From NCBI RefSeq assembly GCF_000283555.1, contig NC_016012.1:475497-507496 (forward strand): 32,000 nucleotides of DNA, in the 5' to 3' direction. The position numbers and the translations under genes are program-made. This DNA is from Candidatus Arthromitus sp. SFB-rat-Yit. GTDB taxonomy: Bacteria; Bacillota; Clostridia; Clostridiales; Clostridiaceae. How positions within the stretch are numbered: position 1 is the stretch's first letter; every line of letters begins with the position of its first letter. The notes under the pieces were generated by a model. It did no database searches and was not told where the DNA came from. It saw only the letters and a program-made list of their open reading frames with translations. Below are positions 17,324-27,700 of this stretch, in pieces.

Positions 17324-17455
17324 AAATAAATTCTCCTTTTAATTGCTTTGGATTTAGTATTGCACAAAAATAGAAAAAATTTCAAATGATTTTATGATTT
17401 AACAATTATTTTAAGAATGTACGGATTAATTAAATCAAGAAAGGAAGGAATTAAG

Positions 17456-20400
17456 TTGAGGAAATTAGATTTAAAAATTTTTAAATTTATGATTTTGATG
17501 TTAGTTGCGATTAGTTGTTTGAAAATTTATAGTGTTTATTCTAAAAATAAGGTGGTTAAACAATCTAGATCATATGATTTTGAATTAAATGTTGAAGATT
17601 TGAAATTTAATTCTGCTAGATTTAGTTGGGTTTATCCAGATGATTTTGAATTTATAGTTGGAGATTACATAAATTTATTTTTGATTAATGAAGAAAGTGG
17701 AAGTAATGGAGAAAGTCCGATTTTTTCTGCTATTCATGGTAAAGATGGAAATGATCTGTCTAATATTACGAGTCTTGATTTTGATTCGCTTACACATTCA
17801 ACAAAATATCAATTGAAATTAGAATTTAATCAAATACATGGAGATTATTATAGTGTTGAAAAAAACTTTGAAACAAATGATTTTGAGATATCGGATATCC
17901 AAATAGATGGGATAGAGGATGGGGTTGTTAAAAATAAATTGATAAATGTTAAATGGAAAACAAATCCTGAATCAATATCCTTTGGAGAAAATGATAAAGT
18001 TGAAATACTTTTAAAAGAGTTGAGTGATGAAAGTTTTAGAAGGAATCCAATTTTTTCATCAAATAAAGATGTTAAAAATGCAGAATTTTCTCTTCCGGTA
18101 TTTGAAGGCATGTATGACCTTCAAATAGTTTATTACATAAAAGATGATATTATTTACAGTGATTTATTTTATTGTGATTTAAAAAGTGGGGGGATAGAGC
18201 TTATTACTCAAGATATAAAAACATCTTCTGCAAAACTTGTTTTAAATTATCCGAATCAGGATATTTTAAGCGATAATACTAAGGTTAATATTTATATTAG
18301 GGAAGATATGAATCTTGATTATAGTAAAGATCCGATAATTTCATTTAGTGGAAAGGAAGACATACTTAAAAATAAGGAGTATGTATTTAATAAGCTTAAA
18401 TTCTCAACAAAATATTACGTTAAAGTTCAATTCATCATTGAAACTTTTAACAAATTTGGTAAAGATGTTCCAGTTGTAGTTGAGAGTAATTGTGAATTTG
18501 AAACGAAAAAATTTGGTGTAAAAGATTTGAAATTTACTGATGGAAATGAAAATATATCAAAGCTTAGTTGGGATTTTGATGGTGAGGAAATCTTATTTTC
18601 TGAAGGGGATAGTTTAAAAGTTTACATAAAAGAGAGTTTGGAAGATAGTTATTCTGAAAATATTTTAAAAGATATTAGCCTGAGTGCAGAAGAATTATTA
18701 ACTAAAAAGGATTTAGATATTACATTTCCAAAGTACGATACAAAGTATGATATTAAGTTCAATTATAATATCGGAGGAAGAAATCTCTTTGAGTATTTAA
18801 CTCACACGGTTTCTTTACCTAAAATTGATTTTGGGGTTAAGGTAATAGGTGAGGATAGCTTAAATTTTAAAATTAAATTTGATCAAAATAAAACTAAATT
18901 TGAAAAAAATGATGATGATAAGATAGAAATTTTTGTTAAAAAATATGGGGAAAACGATGAGGCTTATAGATCTATAAATTTTACGGAAAATCAAATTACT
19001 GCTGAGCCAGAAAAAGCAAAAGAAGGGGATGCGGAAAATATAGTAGAGAGGGAACTTAAACTTGAAACAATTTCATCAGTTTTTGGGGAAAATCAGCCTT
19101 CTACAGTAGAAGGAGATGGAAACTCACAAAATACTCAAACAGAGAAAAAACAATATGAATTTAAAATTATTGTTAGGAAAGATGGGGCGATGTTTCAAGA
19201 AAAGTTTTATAGAGTTTCAATGGAGGAAAATTCCCTTCAAATTGTTGATGTTGTATTCAAAAGGATAAGTGAGAAAAAAATTGAGGCAAGTGTTGAGTAT
19301 GCTCCATATGATTATGAATTTTCAGATAAAGTTGAATCGCTAAGTTATACAAAGAGTAAGGACACAACTGCTAAGTCTGTACTTAAAAAGAGAACATCAA
19401 CTGAAAGTCAAATAACAAGTGAATTTAAAACTAATAGGAAGTTTGAAATAAGTTTTGATGATTTCGGAGTTTATAAATTGAAATTTTCATACAAGATGAA
19501 GGAAACTCAGGCTACAAATAGAGATGGGAGTGAAAGTTCAGAAAGTAAATTTAATATAACTGAGATGGAAAAAGTTTATAATAATAAATTTGATGTTTTT
19601 AGACTGGAACTTAGAGATGATATTTTTAATGAAATAAAGCTAAATTTAGATTTTGATAGCTATTACACTCCTAAAAATGGAGATAAGGTTGAAATATTTT
19701 TTAAGGTTAATAGTGAAGACGAAACAGATAAAAAGAGCGAAGACTTTAGTAAAGATCCATTAGTTACATTTGTTCATAAAGATAATGAACTTAATTTATC
19801 AAATATGGGAGCTTTTGATTTAGCAGGATTAGATGCTGGAACTAAATACAGTTTTAAGGTAATATTTACTCCTAAAGATTCACAATCAAATGCAATAGAA
19901 AAATATAAAGATGCAGAAACTAAAGATATTAAAATTTCTAATTTAGTAATTGATCATGTATCGGACATAATTGCGTATGCAAGATGGGAACTCGAAGAAG
20001 GATGTGAATTTGGAGTTAATGATAAATTGGATATTTTTTATAAAAAAGATGGTGAGGAGTATCCCAAAGATCCAAATCAGCAAGAAGAAGATTTGTATAT
20101 TAATGATGGGGTTATTCTTTATTTAGATACGGTTGATACTCAGTATAATATAAAATTTGTGTTTAGAAGTGGAAGTAAAACTTTTGAGGAAGAGGTGGAT
20201 TTCAATAATAAGATAAATGATTTAGAAGTTGAAATTTTAGATATATATGAAACCTCAGTATATGTGAAATGGGATTATCCTGAAAATTATAGTATTACAG
20301 ATGGTGAGAGTATTTCAATATTTTTAAAAAGAAAAGATGGAGTTTATGCTGAAGAGCCTGATTATTTTGTTGAACAAAATGATGAGGAAGGAGAAGATAT

Positions 20401-21772
20401 AGAAACATTTAAAAGTGTTAAGATTACAAGTTTATGTCCAAATATGGAATATGATATAAAGCTTGTATTAGATTTTGGAGATGTAGGGAAAAAAGAAAAG
20501 GAAATCAGTTTTAAATCTAAGGAACTTGATATATCAAATATCTCACTGAAAGCATTAACAAATAAATTCTTTGATGTATCTTGGGAGTTTTCTTCAGATA
20601 CGCTAGAATTCGATGATGAGTTGGATTATATAAATATTTATAAAAAAATTGAGGATGAAGAATTTTCAGAATCCAATATTGTTTTTGAAATTGATAAAAA
20701 TATTGATAAACGAAACAGTGTAAGAATTGAGGTTGATGATATTTCTAAAAATTATGATGTTAAAGTTGAATATGAATTTTTGTTTGGAAGTATAGAGAAA
20801 ACGATTTCTGGAGGAGGATTATTTTTAGAATTTGAGGAAGATTCACCAAACTTAATTTTGAAATATCCTAAATCTTTAGTATTTGAAAATGGGGATTCTA
20901 TAGATATTTTTTCAAAGCATGAATCTGAAGAAGAATATAAAGAGTTTATGAATATAAAACATTCATCTTCTAAAAATTTAAATGAAATAGGAAGTATAGA
21001 GCTTGATAATCCAGTTTCTGGAACATCATTTATTTTAATTATTAACAACAAGAATACTCAAGTATTCCCTGTTATGGCTAATTATGGAAATGGAGAATAT
21101 GAAGGAGATGAGTCAGAATACCCAGTTTTGGATATTGTTAGTGAGATGAAGGGAAACTGGGTGGATATACAGATTCCTGATGAATACGAAGTTGATATTT
21201 CATCAGAAGTTTTAAATAGTATTGGTGGAAATTCTTATTATGCTGAGTTAGAGGATGGAAGCTATGTAATTGTAATAGATAGGATTGTACCGAAAAAAGT
21301 TTATTCTAATGTGTTTGTTTTAACTTCAGATATAGATGGAAATGAAGTTAGATTTGATATAGGTGAATTTAAGCTTGAACCATATAATTTGCTAGAAGAT
21401 TTCTTATATAATTCTTATTATTTTGCATTTGATAGAGAGCCTGATGAAAACGGATACAATTATTGGAAGGATCAACTCGAAGAGGAAGAGAGCAGTATAT
21501 CTGGTAAATATTTTTTAATTAATTTGATGTTTGCTGAGAGGGAGTTTGCAGATAGAAATTTAAGTGATGAAGATTTGATAAAAGTTTTATATCAAATTGT
21601 GGTTAATAGACAGTATGATACTGAAGGATTAAATTATTGGATTTCTGTATATGGAGAGTATTTGGAAGAGTTTGGTGGAGATAAGTATGAAGCAAAGAAA
21701 ACTATAGTTTTAAGAATGGCTTATGAGCCTGAGTTCGGAAGATTGTGTGATAAGATGGGAATAGCTTGGTAA
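17456..21772 (+). CDS. Giant secreted multi-module protein (~1438 aa) with doubled DUF4214-like C-terminus
   Basis: I prefer the TTG at 17456 because GGAAGG lies 7 nt upstream. The track ATG at 17417 has no RBS. The N-terminus is basic then hydrophobic (RKLDLKIFKFMILMLVAISCL). About 11 modules of roughly 100 aa follow. The C-terminus has FAFDREPDENGYNYW and VNRQYDTEGLNYW, the DUF4214-type signature ([LF]-x-R-x-[PY]-D-x-x-G-x-x-Y-W). Confidence 0.8.
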   Translation: MRKLDLKIFKFMILMLVAISCLKIYSVYSKNKVVKQSRSYDFELNVEDLKFNSARFSWVYPDDFEFIVGDYINLFLINEESGSNGESPIFSAIHGKDGNDLSNITSLDFDSLTHSTKYQLKLEFNQIHGDYYSVEKNFETNDFEISDIQIDGIEDGVVKNKLINVKWKTNPESISFGENDKVEILLKELSDESFRRNPIFSSNKDVKNAEFSLPVFEGMYDLQIVYYIKDDIIYSDLFYCDLKSGGIELITQDIKTSSAKLVLNYPNQDILSDNTKVNIYIREDMNLDYSKDPIISFSGKEDILKNKEYVFNKLKFSTKYYVKVQFIIETFNKFGKDVPVVVESNCEFETKKFGVKDLKFTDGNENISKLSWDFDGEEILFSEGDSLKVYIKESLEDSYSENILKDISLSAEELLTKKDLDITFPKYDTKYDIKFNYNIGGRNLFEYLTHTVSLPKIDFGVKVIGEDSLNFKIKFDQNKTKFEKNDDDKIEIFVKKYGENDEAYRSINFTENQITAEPEKAKEGDAENIVERELKLETISSVFGENQPSTVEGDGNSQNTQTEKKQYEFKIIVRKDGAMFQEKFYRVSMEENSLQIVDVVFKRISEKKIEASVEYAPYDYEFSDKVESLSYTKSKDTTAKSVLKKRTSTESQITSEFKTNRKFEISFDDFGVYKLKFSYKMKETQATNRDGSESSESKFNITEMEKVYNNKFDVFRLELRDDIFNEIKLNLDFDSYYTPKNGDKVEIFFKVNSEDETDKKSEDFSKDPLVTFVHKDNELNLSNMGAFDLAGLDAGTKYSFKVIFTPKDSQSNAIEKYKDAETKDIKISNLVIDHVSDIIAYARWELEEGCEFGVNDKLDIFYKKDGEEYPKDPNQQEEDLYINDGVILYLDTVDTQYNIKFVFRSGSKTFEEEVDFNNKINDLEVEILDIYETSVYVKWDYPENYSITDGESISIFLKRKDGVYAEEPDYFVEQNDEEGEDIETFKSVKITSLCPNMEYDIKLVLDFGDVGKKEKEISFKSKELDISNISLKALTNKFFDVSWEFSSDTLEFDDELDYINIYKKIEDEEFSESNIVFEIDKNIDKRNSVRIEVDDISKNYDVKVEYEFLFGSIEKTISGGGLFLEFEEDSPNLILKYPKSLVFENGDSIDIFSKHESEEEYKEFMNIKHSSSKNLNEIGSIELDNPVSGTSFILIINNKNTQVFPVMANYGNGEYEGDESEYPVLDIVSEMKGNWVDIQIPDEYEVDISSEVLNSIGGNSYYAELEDGSYVIVIDRIVPKKVYSNVFVLTSDIDGNEVRFDIGEFKLEPYNLLEDFLYNSYYFAFDREPDENGYNYWKDQLEEEESSISGKYFLINLMFAEREFADRNLSDEDLIKVLYQIVVNRQYDTEGLNYWISVYGEYLEEFGGDKYEAKKTIVLRMAYEPEFGRLCDKMGIAW
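17576..21382 (+). repeat. Array of diverged ~95-130-aa beta-sandwich-like (Fn3/Ig-like by pattern) modules, alternating two classes
   Basis: The repeat is visible only at protein level. Class A examples: VYVKWDYPENYSITDGESISIFL, AKLVLNYPNQDILSDNTKVNIYI. Class B examples: INVKWKTNPESISFGENDKVEILLK...YDLQIVYYI, SKLSWDFDGEEILFSEGDSLKVYIK...YDIKFNYNIGG. Confidence 0.65.
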
Positions 21773-21795
21773 TTTTGTATTTATGGAGGAGAAAA

Positions 21796-24700
21796 ATGAA
21801 GACATGTATGAAGAAATTCATTATTAATCTCATGATTCTTATATTTTTATTTGAATTAATTCCGCTTGGAGATATGGGTATTAAATTAGGATTTGTTGAA
21901 AAATCTAGTGCTTATTATACCCAGCTTGATTCAGTTGCTCCAGGTTATGTGATAAGTGCTGAGGAGGGAGGGATTGTATTTGATTTAAGTCAAAGATTAT
22001 CAAGCTCGATGAGTGTTGAATCATTTAGTATAAAGAATATGAATCCAGAACAACAGAAAAAAGATTTGAAAGAAGAATCTTCAGATGGAGTTAGATGGTT
22101 AACAAAAGATGAAATGATAAATGGTCATATCTATGAAATTGAAAGTAAGATTTATGATTCTGAAATCGATAAGACATTAACATTTATAAATTCTTTTAAA
22201 TTTACAGATAAAAATACAGCGTACAATCCTAAGGTATCTTTTTCAAATTTTGATGCTAATAGGATGATTACTCAAGATGTTTTTTTTGATTTTTCAAATT
22301 GTAAAGAATTGATAAATAATTCAAATAGATTAGATCTTGAGATTTTAAATTCTGATTTAACAAAGGCAGAAATAGATTCAGTTTTTGTTGATAAAAATGA
22401 CCTTGTAAATGCTGGTTATAGATATAAACTTTCCAGAGCAGCATCTATTTTTAAACCGAACAAGGATTATATAATTAGACTTAATGCAGATGGTGTTATT
22501 TGGGATAAGATGATTTCTTGTTCATTAAAGGCAAATCCTACATTAGTTGAAAATATTAGACCTACAGAGATAGATTTTAAATATTATGCTAAGCAAAGAA
22601 ATCTTTTCATTCCGACATTAGATTTTGGAATTTGTAAAACGTTTACTGATAGGCATCATGTTGAAGTTAAGATTATTTTAAGTAATTCAAAAAAAGGTCT
22701 TGTTCCAGTTGAAGTAACAGGTGAAATACCACGTTTAGCAGAAATTAATATTCCAGAAGAATATTGTTCAACAATAATACCAAGTGATATAAGAGTTTAT
22801 TTTTCTGATAAATATACTGGAGCTTTACTTGCTGAGTATTTATTTCAAGTTACATTTAAAGAGGGCGGGTGTTTTATGTGGACTGGACTTTCTTATTATG
22901 GAGAAAAAGATATATCAGGTTATCAAATAACTAAAATAACACCAGTTCATGAAGAAAATGATACTACAACTGTTCCACATTCATGGGATGAATTTCCACG
23001 AGCACATTATATAACTTTATATGATAATAAATTAGAAAATCAAATAGGTGGAGAATATAGATTTGATGTTACAAAAACTAAATATGAATATGTAGGTGCG
23101 GAGCAGAATGTTAAAGGTGCTAACTTTAAAGTGCCGTTTAAAGATATGAGGCAAGGTTTTAATAGTTATAATTTTAAATTTGAATCGAGCAATCGTTATC
23201 CAGAATGGGGATATGCGTATATACCATTTGGTTTTTATGCGGATATAGTTGAAATAAAAGATTTAGACATTGAGGTAAAGGATTTAAAAGTAAATTCTTC
23301 AGGTAAATATGATTTTAGTTTCGAACTGAAAAATCAAAATGTTATCACAGGTGATAAGATGAGCATTATAGATGATAATGGTAAAGAATATATAGCTAAT
23401 GTAAATACTTCAAAGAGATTTAATTTTAAAGATATTCCATTAGTGTTTGGAGGTAAATATGTAGTTACTTATAATAAAATAAGTTCACTTTTTCACTTTA
23501 AATCTACGGATATGTCTATATTATTTAATCCAGTTGTAATAGGAACTTCTTCAAATGGTCAAAATGTTGTTGAAATTGATTTTGATAAGAAATATGAGAA
23601 GATCCTAAACTCAGATAGGATGAAAAATCGTATTAGAATATTGCACATGAATGGTAATAGCACAGGGAATGAATTTACGGATTTTAATGTAGGAAAACAT
23701 AAATTTACATTAAGTTCAGGACTGACTGAAGGACAAAATTATATAGTGGAGTTTTCAAACTCTAAGGAGGAAACGTATAAAACTACGTTTCAGTATACTA
23801 CAATGAAGCTTGACTTGTCAGACGTAACAGGGACAACAGCGAAATTAAATTGGGAATATCCTAGTAATTATCTAATAACAGATGGAGATGTATTAAATAT
23901 ATATTTCAAAAAAGAGGATGCTAACTATCCAGCTATTCCTGATGCTAAAATAATGCATGGATTTCAGGGTATAGATTTTAATGATGTGACAACATATACG
24001 ATTAGAAACATGAGTCCAAATATAAATTACGTTGCAAAACTTGAACTTGTAACTAATGAGGGTATGACCTATGTAGATGAAACTGAGTTTGTAACAAGTA
24101 CTTTTAAAATATTGAATGAAGAAATTGAAGGTATTTCTGAGGATGGTACTGTAAACAGTAAATCTATAAATTTTAAATGGGATATAAATCTTGGTGATAT
24201 AGAATTTAATGCAGGAGATAAGGTAGAACTTTTTCTTAAATTGCGTTCTCATAATGCATTCCCTAAAACGCCAGTATCGACGATAGATCAAGATTTAAAT
24301 AGAAATAAACGGATTAAATTTGATGTATCAAATTATTATGAAGATTATAGTGCAAAAATTGTTTATACAATAGGTGGAGTTCGTCATACAAGTAAAGTTT
24401 TAAATTTTAGTGTAGAGCCGGAAAAATTAGAATTATCTGTAAATGATATTACAGATTATTCGGCTGTCGTTAATTGGAAATATCCAGAAGGTATAAATAT
24501 AGAAAATAATCATGAGATTAGGGTTTATTTAAGAAAAGCTGGTGATTTAGATTATAGACTTGAAAAGACATATAAACAGTCTGAAACTTCTCTTAAAGAT
24601 GTAACTAAATATAAGTTTGATAAACTTAGATTTGAAACTACGTACCAAGTTAAGCTTGTTTATAAAGTTGGAGATAAGCAAGTTGCAGGAGTAAGTGAGG

Positions 24701-27700
24701 ATGTAACACAAGATATCGAAATAGAATTTAGGACGGAAAGTTTTGTTATAAATAATCTTCGTTTTGAAAAGGATATGAATAATCTTGTAAATGTAATGTG
24801 GAATTTAAAAAATGATAATTATCCTTATGTTAATGGTGATTCAGTAGAATTATTTTTAAAAGAAAGAGGAGCACCATCACAGAATTATAAAAAATTCCAA
24901 TATGCAACAGGGAATATTTCAGCAGTGAGAGCATTTAACATAATGATACCTAAATTTAATGTAGATTATGATATGAAATTGACTTATACTTTGGGTGGTA
25001 AACAAGTTAGTGCTTATGGAAATTGTAGACTTGATATGGGAGATATAGGTTTTAATGTTGATGAGATAACAGATACTAAAATTAAAGTTTCTTGGACATA
25101 CCCAGATAATTATAGTATTTCAAATAATGATAAGATTGAAGTATCTTTGAAAAATCTTGAAGATGGAAATAATGTGGAATCTGAATCGAAGACACAAAAT
25201 TATGATAATAATAATACTACTATGATTAAAGATTTTAAGGAAAAAGAATTTACTTTAACTAAAGATAAAATGTATGAAGTTAAGATTAGATTTTCATCGG
25301 TATATGCAGAACCTATTGAGAAATCGTTTAAATTTAAAGCTACTTCTGGATTTCAAATTTTAGGTTTAGTTGGTAAGTCTTTAGATTCTAAATCATTTAA
25401 ACTTGAATGGGATTTTTACAATAATAATGAGGAATTTGATTCAAATAGTAAAATTGAAATTTTATACAAAGAAGAACCAAAGGGAAGTTCACAAGATGCT
25501 TCACAAGACAATAATGTTGAAGATAAATTATTTGAAAATGTTAATCCTGTTTCAACTCGTACTGGAAGTGAATTGAAAGAATTTAAGTCTTATGTAGTTG
25601 AGGGACTTGATGTAAATAAAAATTATTTGTTTAGAGTTCGGTATACTATTACTGGAGATTCGGGAAAGGTAGTATACAAAGATTTGGTAGGTAAAACAGA
25701 AGCAAGAAAAATAACTTCGAGCGTAATTGATACACAACCTACAGGTGTTAAAATTTCAGTTGAGTATCCGGAGAACTATGAAATATTAGAAGGTGATATC
25801 TTAGATATATTTATAAGAAGAAAAGAAGAAACGAATTATTCAGTTAATCCTAATTTTACTGGAAAGCATGGCAGTGGGGAAGATGATGTTGACTTAAATG
25901 AAGTAACTGTACTTGATATACTTGGATTATCTCCAAATAAAGAATATTTTTCTAAAGTTGTATTTTGGCCAGATGGTGGTTCGGGAATTAAACAAGAGAT
26001 GGAACTTAGCTTTAAAACAGACGTAGTAGAAGGTATAGGAGAAGTAATTATAGGTGACGTTTTAGATTATGTGGTAAAAGTAGGAATTAAGATGGAGCCA
26101 GATGAGCTTATTTTAAGTGATAAAGATAGTTGTAAGGTTTTTATAAAGAAGAAAGATCAAACTCATTATCCAGATAAATCAAATGGTGAAATTCGTGGAG
26201 ATATATTTAATGAAGAAAAATTTATATCAGCATATTTTGATGAATTGAACGCAGAGTACGATGTGAAGGTTATAGTGAATATTGGTGGCAATGAGTTTGA
26301 AAAGGAAACTAGTTTTGTAAGTAAGATTGATGATTTTAATATTGATGTTAAAGAAATTAATCCGATGACGACGCAAGTAGAATGGAGATATCCAAATAAT
26401 TATACACTTGTGGATGGTGAAAGTATTCAGATATTTATCAAATATCAAGATGAGGATGATTTTTTAAGTGAACCTGATCTTGAACTTATTCAATCAGATG
26501 ATTTGAATTTATCTGATATAAATTTGGTTGAATTATATTCATTGATTCCTGATACTAGATATGAAGTTAAGGTGAAATTGAATTTATTAGAAGCGGATGT
26601 AAAACCAGTTATTAAGGAATTTACTACAACTGTTTTTGAGATAGAGAATCTTGAAATACAGGACATAAGTAGTGATGGAATGTCTATTAAATGGGATCTG
26701 AGTACAGAAGAATTAGATTTTATAGATGAGTATGATAATTTATCTGTTTTTATTAAGAATAGCAATGAAGAAGATTATGATTTTTCAAATCCTGTGGCAG
26801 AGTTCACAGAAGGTTTAAATGATATAAGGTCAATATCTTTTCAAACAGAAGATAGCATAGCAGATGTTGATATTTATTTATCATATTTAATTGAAGATTA
26901 TGAAGCTGCTATGGAAATATCATATACAGCAATTGATTTAAATGTTGAAGTGCAACAAGAAGGGGTATTAGTTGAATGGACGTATCCACCTGGAATAGAA
27001 TTTGAAAAAGATGATAGACTCGATATTTATTTGAAACATGCTAATAAGTCGGGATATAAGACAGAACCAAATTTTAGATATACTAATGGAAAAGATGGCG
27101 ATCTAAGTGAATTAAATGAAATATTTTTCAAAAGATTAGGAATTGGAAACTATGTGATGAAGTTTTCATTAATCACAAGTGATATGAGATATAATCCTAT
27201 AGAAATCGAGTTCAATGTGCAGGATCAAGATGTGGTCGGAACAGAACTTAAGTTTAATGGAAAATCAAGTAATAGAAAAATAGAATTAGATATTGTTGGT
27301 GATAATGAATTTGATTATGAAAAAGGGTTTAACATTAATCCTGAAGGTTTGGATCTTGAGATAGATGAGGTTAGAAATAAATTTATAGTTAAGAATCTGG
27401 TTCCAGGGAAAGATTATAAAAATATTGTTATTACTTTTTACACAGAAGAAGACGATGAAATTAATTTTGTAGTTAAAAATGTAAAGATAAATCCTGAAAA
27501 TCTTTTGCAAGAATTTATAACAAATATTTATAAATTTGCATTTGAGCGTTATCCAGATGAGGAAGGATATGGATATTGGCTTGGAAGACTTCTTGAAAAA
27601 GGAGAAGTTACAGGTAAGTTTGTTTTATATAATTTGATGTTTGCAGAACGTGAATTTTCTGAAAGAAATCTTTCAGATGATGAATTAATAAAAGTTTTAT

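Noticed and set aside
21766-21795. Upstream start at 21766 for the 2029-aa protein, which would overlap the preceding gene by 7 nt. The same question applies to the ATG at 17417 for the 1438-aa protein.
   Set aside because: No Shine-Dalgarno sequence precedes either codon. GGAGGAG precedes the ATG at 21796 and GGAAGG precedes the TTG at 17456, and both downstream starts yield typical signal-peptide N-termini. The 17417 alternative cannot be fully excluded.
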